Positions 32,842-45,359 are shown, counted from the stretch's first letter. The stretch: 64,000 nt of DNA from Mayamaea pseudoterrestris (GCA_027923505.1 BROI01000016.1:310001-374000); one strand, 5' to 3'. Notes: generated by a model from the letters alone, not told the origin. Made by a program: numbers and translations.

Positions 32842-35817
32842 TTAGAAGCCGCTTCAACCGAAAGTACCCGAAGATGCATTCCTGCAGTTCGCCTGGAACG
32901 AGTCCTGCATTGCTGGCTTTGACGAGCCACATTTCTCACATACCAAGGAAGCAGATGACGCTGGCTTCCATTGCAGAGAACAAGGGTGACATCCTCACGT
33001 ACTGTTCCAACCGATCGACTGGAATGGTTGTCGTCCGATCCAACGTTCGTCCCTTCTCCGAAGGGCGAATCCTACGCGCGAAGCTGAAAGCGCCCTGAAC
33101 CCAAGTCCGAACGACCACTGTTCGCGGAACCTGTTCGACGCGCGCCCGCGCGTGAACGCAGTCCAAGTCGAAACTGTCGACGAGTTTGACGATGAGTATG
33201 ACCTAGCCGGTCCGTGTTTGAACACGACCTTACACCGACTCCCAGCGCCTGGATTCTGGGGGAACTGTGGATGAAGACGAGATTCACGCTGGAAAGCGCT
33301 GCCGAAGTTAGTCGCCCGATCCCGACGACCGCGCCGCTTTTACCTGGCTGAACTGATGTGGACGACTGTCCTGACGAGGGCACGCCCACGCGACGCTGGC
33401 AAGGCTATCGGCAACCGAACGATCGCGATGAAGCCAACCACAAGATCACGTCTGATTGAGTCTCGGCGACGGCCACGTCGTATGAGCTTATTACCTACAA
33501 ATCTAACTAGCTGACCTGTGCCAGGCAAGACTTTACGACTGGGGGGACGTATGACAACGACGACCAGTACTACAAGTTTATTTCATTGACGGACATGAAG
33601 GTCCACTGGACACAAGCCGACGCCATTTATCGCGCTCATCCTACAACTTGCTCTTCATCCAATGGGCAAATGGCGAGAAGACCTGGAGCCACTCATTGAT
33701 TATCAAGTCCGAATTCTGTGACCGCTTGGCCAGTATGGCAAGCGCAAGGGATGCTGGACAAGGATGGATGGAAGCGCTTAGCGCATGGCAGGACGCACTC
33801 AAATTGTTTAACCGCATGTGCAAGGCTGCAAAGAAGAACCGTCCAAGAAGCGTTTCAAGTTTTGATGCTCGTTCCTAATACCTGGAAGGAAGCGAACCGC
33901 CTCACGCTGCTAATGGAAACACACTGTGGCTGACGCCGTCAAGACCGAGATGGAGCAGCTACACGAAAGTACCATTAATTTTCAAACGGCAAGGGCATTG
34001 GTGCCTTCATGGAAAGTGACTGGAAGCGATCAACGCGCATCTTGTTTTCGACTGCAAGAACTATCTACGACGTAGCGCCCGACTCGTCGGGGACATCTGA
34101 CCGCTTCTCCGCCAAGGACTCCGCCACTCGTTGTATCTACGGCTACGCGAACCATAGCACTGTTAGCTGAACTGAATGACCTCAAGTTTTGGGCTGTCGA
34201 CGGGTAAACTTCTTACTGAGGCCAAGCATTAAGGAAGATAGTCTACATTGTTGCCGGGTCCTATTGAAGGCCATACCTTGGTCATCTACAAGGCACTATA
34301 CGATTGGGCGCACTTTCTGGCGCATAAGGAGCACTTTGCCGACACACTCCGCGACATTGATTCTACCTAAGCCACGCGGATCCTGACGCCTGGATGAAGG
34401 ACTGTGGCACTCACTAATGAGTATCGGGCCGGCGTGTTCGCCGACGATCTGGCTATGGCCATGAAAGATCCACAGCCTTCAATGACCTCCTCAAAGAGAA
34501 GTACAAGTACAAGTTGAAGGGCGCGGCGACATCATATCACCTTTGAGCCGACTTCTATCGTGATCCCGATGGAACTCTCTGTATGAGCGCGCAAAGACCT
34601 ACGTCGGTCGCATGCTCAAGAACTACGAGACCATGTTTACGAGAGGGCCACGCAGGCTAGTCACTGACGACGGGGACCACCCCGAACTTGACCTACTGAG
34701 AGCTGGAGCCTGTGGCATTCAACAGTACCAGCCCTTATCGGTGACCTCCAGTGGGCAGTGGACCCGGCGTCGACTTGATTCATTGTGCTGTAATGACACT
34801 TAGCTTCCGCTGCGCCCAAGGCCAAGGATTACCTGACTGAGCTAAGCGAAATCGGCAACTATTTCCAGCTGAGTACCCTGATGCGGCGATTCGTTTCCGG
34901 ACGAAGATCGTCGATCACGGGAACCTACCAAGTATGATTGTCGCAATCGGCCCACGGCAACTCAAGCGGCAGCCTGCGGAACATGCCGATCCCGAAGGGC
35001 AAGCCTGTGCAACTAACTACCTTTATGGACGCGGAAACCTGTACCATGATTAGTACTACTGACGTTCCGCAATGGGAGTCCTGCATTTCCTGAACCAGAC
35101 GCCTGTCTAATGGTTCTGCAAGGCCAGAATACTGTCGAGACTGCAACATATGGATTCGAGTCTGCTGCCGCCAAGACCGCGATGGAACAGATTATGGATT
35201 CGATACCCCACGAATGCTGGGAGTTCCTTTGAGTGGACCAGCCTGGATGTTCGGGCGACAAACGAAAGTGTCAAGAAGTCAACAACCATCCCGCACTCAC
35301 CTCTAAGCGACACAATGCGCTGCCTACCATCGATCTGCGAGGCCATTGCGCAATGTTCTGTACTTTGAACATCTTCGGGTAAGCAGAACGTCACGATTTA
35401 CCAAGTTCTTGCCGCATGCCACGCCCGAACCCTGACTATTCCGATTTTTTGTGATAATGGCAAACGACAAGGTCACAAGCAGATCAAGGGATGACACAAA
35501 TTATTGAGTTGCTGACCAGCGCCTTATGACAAGACGGTTAGCTACCTGTGTTTTTGTATGCATTTAATCCTGTGCAGGGGTTGAGTCACACTTAGACCGA
35601 ATCCTCACATACATGAGAGTGAATGCTGACGATCGAGGCGTGAACCTCGACCAGAACCCAGTGAGAACGGGAGAAGGAAGAGAGCAGAGTAGTGAGTAAC
35701 ATCCACTATTCTAGCAAATTGAGTTTTGTTTGTTTGCTTTACGCTGACCTAAGAGGTTGATCGCTCCGAGTCCATTGTAGTCGCTTGAATAAAGGTTCGC
35801 CTGATATTATCGTGTCA
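32842..35817 (+). mobile_element. Ty1/Copia (diatom CoDi-like) retrotransposon, 3' half: integrase C-terminus, RT, RNase H, 3' LTR
   Basis: Frameshifted remnants IAENKGDILTY, HLVFDCK, LVIYKALY, DPDAWMK, DFYRDPDGTL, DHPELD, LHFLNQTP and QNTVETATYG, in Copia INT-RT-RH order. Confidence 0.9.
35492..35817 (+). repeat. 3' LTR (~326 bp)
   Basis: TGACAC...GTGTCA termini, preceded by purine-rich agatcaaggga, internal AATAAA; reverse-complement homolog of 41545-41872. Confidence 0.9.
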
Positions 35818-36089
35818 TTTGACAGACATGTATTGAACGAACAAAACAGCAAATGGTCCATTTACAACGCATTAAAGGAGCAACAATTGAAGGACAAGCT
35901 ACCTTTCCCAAGAATGAACGACCGTTTTCTGCTCACACTAGGTGACTTACGGGATTTGGTGCAAGGGTCACTTGAGTTGTTGCACTGAAAAGGAGAAATA
36001 GGTCATGTGGTAGGTGACACACGGCTTATTGCACACTTATTGTGTACCAATACAACATTATTGCATTGAAAGTGCTTTTTCCGCATGCT

Positions 36090-39000
36090 CCTGAGCTTGG
36101 CACTTGGGCCATTTATTGGCACACTTGATAGCAAGTGCTTTGGGTGAGTGCTGGGAGACCACACTGGGAGACACAGAGGGTGACACACGCTTTGGTGCTG
36201 CACTGGGAAGAAGACTGGGTCCTGCACTGAGGACTCCACTTGGCTTGGCACTTGGGTCCTTGACGGCACACTTGATAGCAAGCTGGGTGGAGTGCTGGGA
36301 GACACACTGGGAGACATGGAGGTGACAAGCTTGGTGCTGCACTGGGAAGAAGACTCGGGTGCCCTGGGTGCCTCACACTGGCTCGGCGCTTGGGTCACTT
36401 GACGGCACACTTATGGCACACGTTTGGGCTGCTTGGGTGAGTGCTTTGGAAGACACACTGGAGCCACGCGGAGGGTGACAAGCTTGGTGCTGCACTGGGA
36501 AGAAGACTGGTCCTGCACTAGGTGACCTCCTCTGGCTTGCGTGCTTGGGTCACTTGACGGCACACTTGTGGCAAACTGCTGGCTGGAGTGAGTGCTAGGA
36601 GACACTGGGAGCCACGGAGGAATTGGTGCATACACTGGGAAACAGGCTAGGTCCTGGGCTTAGGGACTCAACCGGCTTGGCGTTAGGTCACTTGACGGCA
36701 CACTTGATAGCAAGCTGCTTTGGGTGAGTGCTGGAGACACACTGGAGCCACGGAGGTGTGACAAGCTTGGTGCTGCACTGGGAAGAAGACTGGGTCCTGC
36801 GCTAGGTGCCTCACTTGGCTCGGTGCTTGGGTCATTTGATGACACACTATGGCAAGCTGCTTGGGTGAGTGCTGGGAGACACACTGGGAGCCACGGAGGG
36901 GGTGACAAGCATTTGTGCTGCACTGGGAAGAAGACTGGTTCCTGCACTTAGGGTGACTCGCTTGGCTCGGCGCTTGGGTCACTTGACGGCACACTTGTGG
37001 CACACCTGCTTGGGTGAGTGCTGGGAGAGCACACTGGGAGCCACGGAGGGTTTGGTGCTGCACTGGGAGGTCTGTGCGCTAGGTGACTCACTTAGCTTGG
37101 CGCTTGGGTCACTTGACAACACACTTGATAGCAAGCTGCTTGGGGGTGAGTGCTGGAGACACACTGGGGAGCCACGGAGGGTGACAAGCTTGGTGCTGCA
37201 CTGGGAAGAAGACTGGGTCCGTGCGCTAGGTGACTCACTTGGCTTGGGGTCGCTTGACGGCACATATGGCACACTTGATGTGGCTGCTTGGGTGAATGCT
37301 GGGAGACACACTGGGAGCCACGGAGGGTGCAACGTTTTTGCTGCACTGGGAAGAAGACTGGGTCCTACGCGCTAATGACTCAGGGTGGCTTGGCGCTAGG
37401 GGTCACTAGCGGACGGCACATTTGATGGCAAGCTGCTTGGGTGAGTGCTGGGAGAACACTGGGAGACACGGAGGGGTGACAAGCTTGGTGCTGCACTGGG
37501 AAGAAGAACTGGGTCCTGCGCTAGGTGACTCACTTGGCTGGCGCTTGGGTCATGACGGGCACACTATGGCAAACTGCTTGGGGTGAGTGCTGGAGACACT
37601 CGGGAGCCACGGAGGGTGACAGGCTTGGTGCTGCACTGGGAAGAAGACTGGGTCCTGCACCAGGTGACTCACTTGGCTTGGCTTTTTGCTGGGTCACTTG
37701 ACGGCACCTTGTTGGCACACTGCTTGGTGAAGTGCTAGAGACGCACTGGGGGGGCCCGGGTGACAACGTCCTGGAAGAAGACTGGGTCTCGGGACTCGCC
37801 CAGCCCTTGGTCGACGGCACACTTATGGCACTGCTTGGGTGAGTGCTGGAAACTGGGCCGCGAGGGTGACAAGCTTGAGGTGCTGCACTGGGAAGAAGAC
37901 TGGGTCCTGCGCTGGGTGGCTCATAGCGCGCTTGGGTTTGACGGCACACTTGTGTGGCTGCTGCTTGGTGATGTGTGCACGGGGTGTAAGCTGGTCTGCA
38001 CTCAGGGAAGAAGAACTGGAGTCCCTGCGCTAGGTGACTCACTTCGGCTTGGCGCTGGGTCCTTGAAGCACATGATGGCAAGCTGCTTGGGTGGTGCTGG
38101 GAGACACACTGGGAGCCACGGAGGGAGTGACAAGCGGTGCTGCACTGGGGAAGACTGGGTCCTGCGCCTGGTGACTCCTCGGCTTGGCGCGCGGTTCACT
38201 TGATGGCAAGCTGCTTGGAGTGGAGTGCTGGGAGACACACTGGGAGCCCGGAGGTGACAAGCTTGGTGCTGCACTGGGAAGAAGGCTGGGTCCTGCGCTA
38301 GGTGACTCACTTGGCTTGGCCTGGGGTCACTTGGCGACACTTGATGGCAAACTGCTTGGGTGAGTGCTGGGAGACACACTGAGCTGGGGTGTGTCAGCTT
38401 TTGGTGCTGCACTGGGGAAGACTGGGTCCTGCGCTGTGACTCCTGGCGGCGCGCCGTCCCGTTGCTCTTGGGTGAGTGCTGGGAGACACACTGGGAGCCC
38501 ACGGAGGGAGTGCAAGCTTGGTGCTGCCTGGGAGGAAGAAGACTGGGTCCTCGCTAGGTGACTCACTTGGCTTGCGCTTGGTCACTGACGGCACACTTGA
38601 TGGCAAGCGGCGGTGAGTGCTGGGAGACACACTGGGGCCACGGAGGGATGACAAAAGCTTTGGTGCTGCCTGGGAGGAAGAGGGCTGGGTCGCTGGGTGA
38701 CTCACTTGGCTCGGCGCTTGCGGTCCTTGACCTTTGGCCAGCAGCTGGGTGAGTGCTGGGAGCCCTGGGGAGCCACGGAGGGTGACAAGCGGTGGTGCCT
38801 GGGAAGAAGACTGGGTCCTCCGCGGGTGGTCACTTGGGCGGCCCGGGCACAGAGGTCTGCGCTGCGATGGCAGCTGCACTTGGGTGAGTGCTGGGAGACA
38901 CACTGGGAAGCCACGGAGGGTCGACAAACGGTGCTGCACTGGGAAGAAAGACTGGGTCCTGCGCTGGACTCGCTGCCGTGCGCACACTTGATGGCAAGCT

Positions 39001-39722
39001 CTTGGGTGGTGCTGGGAGCCACACTGGGAGCCACGGGTGACAAGCCGGTGCTTACCTGGGAAGAAGGCTGGGGTCCCTGCGCTAGGTGACTCTGAGCAGC
39101 TTGGGTCTTCTTGCGGCCTGTGGCAACTGCTTGGGTGGGTGCTGGGAGACACACGGCCCGGGGGGTGACAAGCTTGGTGCTGCACCGGGGAGAAAAGAAA
39201 GCTGGGACCTGCTGCTAGTTGACTCCGCGAGTTGGCGCCGGCTGCCTGTGGCAAGCTGCTTGGGTGGTGCTGGGAGACACCCTGTCTCCTGGGGCGGGGG
39301 TCGCTTGGTGCTGCCTGGGGAGAAGACTGGGTCCTGCGCGGTGACTCACTTCTTGGCGCTGGGTCTTGGCGCGTGGCTAGCTGCTTGGGTGAGTCTGGAG
39401 AACCGGAGCCCCGGGGGGTGACAAGCTTGGTGCTGCACTGGGAAAGACTGGGTCCTGCGCTAGGTGACTCACTTGGCTTGGTGCTTGGGTCACTTGACGG
39501 CACACTTGTTGTGGCTAGCTTGGGTGAGTCTTTGGGAACACACTGGAGCCCGCACGGAGGGTGACAAGCGGTGCTGCACTGGGAAGAAGACAGGTCCTTC
39601 GCGGGACTCCTTGGAGAACCGCTTGGGTATGTAGGCGGCGCATTCTGTGGGAAGCTGCTTGGGTGGTGCTGGGGGACACACTGGGGCCACGGAGGGTGAC
39701 AAGCTTGGTGCTGCACTGGGAA
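36090..39722 (-). pseudogene. Pro-Ser tetrapeptide-coding tandem array (~144 bp unit), noisy and frameshifted
   Basis: Minus frames give SSVPSSDPSTKPSESPSAGPSLLPSAAPSLSPSVAPSVSPSTHP fragments throughout. Confidence 0.8.
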
Positions 39723-41533
39723 GAACGAACCACATGGGGGATGCGACTTAGTCCCGAATGGGGTGTGTCGATAAAAAGCGCAGTATTTCTTAATGGTCTT
39801 GCTTGACTCGTTCAGAGTGGCGTGTAGAGTAAAATTGCGACGCTTGGTAGTCAGGTTCTGTGGCATTGTGTCTTTGGCTCGGCGCGTCGTTCAACGATGC
39901 GTCGTCTGCCCCGTTTTGTTGTTCCGTGTGTGGCGTGCTCTTGGTGCGGAGTCGGCGGTTTCTTTCCATTCGTGGCGGTAAGCTCAAGTTCTTCTTCGTT
40001 CCTTCTTGTCTCGGATCCCAGGGTGTCCGCGGGAAAATGACCGTCGGATACTTTCCCTCTCTGCGTCCGGCCTCGGCACCGTCGCGGTCGCCAAGTGGTC
40101 TTGCCACAGCTGGTGACAATGGCTTGTGTTCATTCTGGAGGCCGGAGCAGCGTCTCGTCCGATCAGATGGCCGAGCACCGAAGCTGCGACGGTGCATGAG
40201 TGGTTCGCCCCCTAAGCATACTGGTTTCCGGTCCGTGGTCTCGAAGCGGCGCCGTTCCGGGTGCGTTCTCCGTTCTGCATCTAGCTTCCTGCGAGTCCCC
40301 GTTCCGCCGTCATCTCTTGGCGGGTTCGTTGCCTGCGCTCGTTCACGTGTAGGCCCGTCCCGCGGGCGGCGCGTCGCTTCCGCAACTCTGGGGTGTTGTC
40401 GCGGCGAGTGCGGAGCGCGCCGCGTGTCTTCGCGAAAGATCTAATCGTATTCCATTTTTTTGTATCGGCGTCGGGACAGCGATCGTTCTGATACAGGATG
40501 CCAGCCCGGCAGCCGCGACTGCTGGTTATTCGCGCGGTTCCGTTGTTGGCGCTCTTGTGGTGGCTGGTCTTGGTCGCGAGTTCGCGATAGACGCCTTGAG
40601 CGTCAGACGTTGTCGCATTTCATCAGGAGCGACTGGTGTCCAGGGACTTGAGAATTGCGAAACGGTGTGTCATGAAGACTTGCTGACTCCCGAATTCTAT
40701 TCTCTTCTTCCGTGACTGGAACGCACTTGCTGTCGAAAGCACGTTAGAACAGCCATGGAGCTGGCGATTGCTTTAGACGCGCTCCAACTCAACCATGCGT
40801 GGGGATGTTGGAACGTTTTGTAGTCCTTATAGTCTCGTTTCGTCTTGAGGTTCGAGAAACGACCCTTGGCATCTTCTTCCTTTTCGGCCTTCTCAGCCTT
40901 GATGGTCTCATTTTCGGAAGCTGTTTGGCAAGTAGCGCCGGCTTGCTTCTTCTTGGACTCGAAAGTACACTAGTATCCTTCTTCACGCTCCCGCGGATTT
41001 CTTGTTCCGCGAGAATCGTTATCGGGCAAGACTTGGGCTCGGGTCTTGATCGAGGACAAGGTCACAGTGGCTGGTGCTAGTCGTTTCGTATCTGCTGGTT
41101 GTTCGTCGCCGGCCGGGCGCATCGTCAGGATCGCGCGCCTTCAGGTTGTCACGCCAGCTGGATGGCGGCTCTGTCGACCCAGTAGGGGGCTTCAAGTTGC
41201 TCCTTGGTCAATCTCAACATCTGGGTAGTGGTGGTTACATTCCAAAACAAGAACGCTTCTTGGATGTCTCGTCCGAAAACGTTCGTGCAGAGAAGCTGCA
41301 AAGCTTCCGCAGTAATCGCAACCATGATAGTGAATACCTCGCTTTCCGCAAGTCCTTTCTTACACAACAACCGCTCTCAATGCAGTCGAGCCTTATACGA
41401 TCCTGTTCTACGCGCTCGTGTCAAGTATTCGGATTGACGACGCCGCAAGGAATCTGCTCTTTCTCTCTCAATTTCTCGATTCTTTCACTCTTTCTCTTTC
41501 GCACAGCTCTCTCAGGTCAAGACAAGCTAGCAA

Positions 41534-41544
41534 GACTGTTAATC
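41534..41544 (-). other. Candidate primer-binding site complementary to the tRNA-Asn(GUU) anticodon arm
   Basis: GATTAACAGTC directly follows the LTR end; its complement GACTGTTAATC fits tRNA-Asn positions 30-40. Confidence 0.7.
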
Positions 41545-41872
41545 TGACACGATAATATCAGACGAACCTTTATTCCAGCGACTACAATGGACTCGGAGCG
41601 ATCAACCTCTTCGTCCAGCGTAAAGCAACAAACAAACTCAATTGCTAGAATAGTGCATGTTACTCGCTACTCTACTCGTGCGCTTCCTTCTCGTTCTCAC
41701 TGGGTTCACGGTCGAGGTTCACGCCTCGATCGTCAGCGATTTCACTCATGTATGTGAGGATTCGGTCACAAGTGTGACTCAACCCTGCACAGGATTAAAT
41801 GCATACAAAACACAGGTAGCTAACCGTCTTGTCATAAGACGCAGGTCAACTCAACTCAATAATATTGTGTCA
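41545..41872 (-). repeat. 5' LTR (328 bp)
   Basis: TGACAC/GTGTCA inverted termini; homologous along its length to 35492-35817. Confidence 0.92.
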
Positions 41873-44180
41873 CCTCACTTGGCTTGGTGCTTGGGTCATT
41901 TGATGGCACACTATGGCACACTGCTTGGCTGCTTGGGTGAGTGCTTGGAGACACACTTGGAGCCACGGAGGGTGACAAGCTTTGTGCTGCACTGGGAAGA
42001 AGACTGGCTCCTGCACTAGGTGACTCGCTTGGCTTGGTGCTTGGGTCATTTGATGGCACACTGTGGCACACCGCTTGGGCGAGTGCTAGGAGATGCACTG
42101 GGAGCCACGGAGGTTGGTGCAGCACTGGGAAATAGGCAGGGTCATGGGCTAGGGGACTCACTCGGCTTGGCGCTTGGGTCACTTGACAGCACACTTGATA
42201 GCAAGCTGCTTGGGTGAGTGCTGGGAGACACACTGGGAGACACGGAGGGTGACAAGCTTGGTGCTGCACTGGGAAGAAGACTGGGCCCTGTGCGCTAGGT
42301 GCCTCACTTGGCTTGGTGCTTGGGTCATTTGATGGCACACTATGGCACACTGCTTGGCTGCTTGGGTGAGTGCTTGGAGACACACTTGGAGCCACGGAGG
42401 GTGACAAGCTTTGTGCTGCACTGGGAAGAAGACTGGCTCCTGCACTAGGTGACTCGCTTGGCTTGGTGCTTGGGTCATTTGATGGCACACTGTGGCACAC
42501 CGCTTGGGCGAGTGCTAGGAGATGCACTGGGAGCCATGGAGGTTGGTGCAGCACTGGGAAATAGGCAGGGTCATGGGCTAGGGGACTCACTCGGCTTGGC
42601 GCTTGGGTCACTTGACGGCACACTTGATAGCAAGCTGCTTGGGTGAGTGCTGGGAGACACACTGGGAGACACGGAGGGTGACAAGCTTGGTGCTGCACTG
42701 GGAAGAAGACTGGGCCCTGTGCGCTAGGTGCCTCACTTGGCTTGGTGCTTGGGTCATTTGATGGCACACTATGGCACACTGCTTGGCTGCTTGGGTGAGT
42801 GCTTGGAGAACACTTGGAGCCACGGAGGGTGACAAGCTTTGTGCTGCACTGGGAAGAAGACTGGCTCCTGCACTAGGTGACTCGCTTGGCTTGGTGCTTG
42901 GGTCATTTGATGGCACACTGTGGCACACCGCTTGGGCGAGTGCTAGGAGATGCACTGGGAGCCACGGAGGTTGGTGCAGCACTGGGAAATAGGCAGGGTC
43001 ATGGGCTAGGGGACTCACTCGGCTTGGCGCTTGGGTCACTTGACGGCACACTTGATAGCAAGCTGCTTGGGTGAGTGCTGGGAGACACACTGGGAGACAC
43101 GGAGGGTGACAAGCTTGGTGCTGCACTGGGAAGAAGACTGGGCCCTGTGCGCTAGGTGCCTCACTTGGCTTGGTGCTTGGGTCATTTGATGGCACACTAT
43201 GGCACACTGCTTGGCTGCTTGGGTGAGTGCTTGGAGACACACTTGGAGCCACGGAGGGTGACAAGCTTTGTGCTGCACTGGGAAGAAGACTGGCTCCTGC
43301 ACTAGGTGACTCGCTTGGCTTGGTGCTTGGGTCATTTGATGGCACACTGTGGCACACCGCTTGGGCGAGTGCTAGGAGATGCACTGGGAGCCACGGAGGT
43401 TGGTGCAGCACTGGGAAATAGGCAGGGTCATGGGCTAGGGGACTCACTCGGCTTGGCGCTTGGGTCACTTGACGGCACACTTGATAGCAAGCTGCTTGGG
43501 TGAGTGCTGGAAGACACACTTGGAGCCACGGAAAGTGACAAGCTCTGTGCTGAACTGGGTAGAAGACTGGCTCCTGCACTAGGTGACTCACTTGGCTTGG
43601 CACTTGGGTCACTTGACAGCACACTTGATTGCAAGCTGCTTGGGGGGAGTGCTGGGAGACACACTTGGAGCCACAGAGGGTGACAAGCTTAGTGCTGCAC
43701 TGGAAAGAAGACTGGGTCCTGCACTAGGTGATTCACTTGGCTTGGTGCTTGGGTCACTTAATGGCAGGTCACTTGGTGGCACACCAGATGGCAAGCTGCA
43801 GGTGAGAGCTTGGAGACAAACTTGGAGCCACAGAGGGTGACAAGCTTGGTGCTGCACTGGGAAAGAGACTGGGTCCTGCACTAGGTGATGCACTGGGACT
43901 GGTGCTTGGATCACTTGGTGGCACACTCAATGGCAAGCTGCTGGGGTGAGTGCTGGGAGACAGACTGGGAGCCACAGAGGGGGCAAGCTTGGTGCTCCAT
44001 TGGGAAGGAGAAATAGGCCCTGCGGTAGGTGATGCACTGGCACCTGGATTACCTGATGGGTCACCTGATGGCACACCTGGTGTTCAGTTGGTGATGGGTA
44101 ACATGATGGCACACTTGGTGTTCACTGTCAGTTGAGTGCAATAGATAGACCGAGAGCCAGAGGATGACAAGCTTGGTGAT
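41873..44180 (-). pseudogene. Pro-Ser repeat array: four 429-bp higher-order repeats plus a diverged flank
   Basis: Units start at 41873, 42302, 42731 and 43159, each made of three ~143-bp subunits; 43590-44180 is more diverged PSxx-coding sequence. Confidence 0.88.
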
Positions 44181-44873
44181 AAGGAGTTGTACCATACTTC
44201 ATGCATACTTAGATGGGTTGCCCCATGATCTGTCTACTTCTGTTTATGTTCTATATGCTTAACAAGCCTGCTTGTTTGCTAATATGCAATAATGCTTTAG
44301 TACCGGTAGCACTGGTCATGTGGTGCCTTGCCACGGTAATAAAATCCATTGACCGTTATGAATCCCAAGAAGCCGTGTCCGTGTAGAAATTTGTGTAGAC
44401 CTTGTACTGAAAACGTGTTCTGCGCGCCGGAATTTTCACTTTGCCACAGGGGGAAGGGACCAATTTGACAAGAGTCAGACCAAATAGCACCACAATTTGT
44501 AGTGTAGGGCTTGACTATAGCACTGCATTTTGTAAAGGCGGGCCCGCCATCGCCATTGCTCTTGTCATCCACTACCTCCAGTTCCTTGTCGGAAGCAACA
44601 GTCCTTGCGATCAACGTCTTGTTGCAATCATGCACGCGTCGTTTTGACGGAAGCGCGGAAAGAACAAATCAGAAATTTGAAAACCAGTGAGTCACGTCTT
44701 GAAAACACGCGCCTGTTTAAGCGGCGAAACTGTCGCGCCAAGAATTGCATGCCGTGTCACAAATTCGTTCGATCGAACAACCATGGAATTCCACGCCGAT
44801 GCGTTGACTTTCTTGATTGCATCGCTGGATCATCTCACAAATCACAAAAACAGCAAAAGACAATTCAATCACC

Positions 44874-45083
44874 ATGACAAGTATTACACGCAAAGTTCAG
44901 CACAACATCAACAAGATGTTTCGTCGCGGCGGCATGAATGGACCAGCTGGCCACGCCGGTGGGCACGTTCACGGACATAAAGCGCACGGACATCACACGC
45001 ATGCGCACGGGCACGGACACCAAGATCCGGTTGCCAAGGCGGAGCGAAAGACCAAGGGATTTTTCCGCAAGCTGTTGAGATAG
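44874..45083 (+). CDS. His/Gly-rich basic microprotein (69 aa)
   Basis: accATG start; GHAGGHVHGHKAHGHHTHAHGHGH tract between basic helices; AATAAA downstream. Confidence 0.65.
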   Translation: MTSITRKVQHNINKMFRRGGMNGPAGHAGGHVHGHKAHGHHTHAHGHGHQDPVAKAERKTKGFFRKLLR

Positions 45084-45359
45084 ACGCAGAGGTGTTGCTT
45101 GTAAGCTGCACTTGACTGTTGTCGTGTCTCGTGCCGGGAAGAATAGGAGAAGCTTGCGGAAATGTGAATGAAAAACGGAAGCAGTAAAACGTACAATAAA
45201 ACGCAGGATAAACGAATGTTATTTATAAAAACTTGCTAGCAGACATAGTTAGAGTAAATATTACTTTGTATAGCAAAGAGCAACAAAATTGTCGGCTTGC
45301 GTGCATTTACTAAGCATCCACATCCACTGCACCAGCATCTACTAGAAAAACGACTGCTT

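Larger units (their letters stand above)
39725..41872 (-). mobile_element. Copia retrotransposon 5' part: 5' LTR, PBS, gag-like remnant, truncated
   Basis: LTR at 41545-41872; gag-like MVAITAEALQLL... and KRDYKDYKTFQHPHAWLSW on the minus strand; clean junction into the PS array at 41873. Confidence 0.82.

Noticed and set aside
32842..40500. Programmed frameshifting or ancient decay in the Copia fragments
   Set aside because: Indel density matches the noise in adjacent satellites and suggests unpolished reads; it cannot be interpreted biologically.
41530..41544. tRNA-Asn gene
   Set aside because: Only the anticodon-arm match is present, with no D or T arms; treated as a primer-binding site.
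44190..44635. N-terminal domain of the decayed PS-repeat gene
   Set aside because: Right strand and position, but stops separate it from the repeats and no motif is recognisable.
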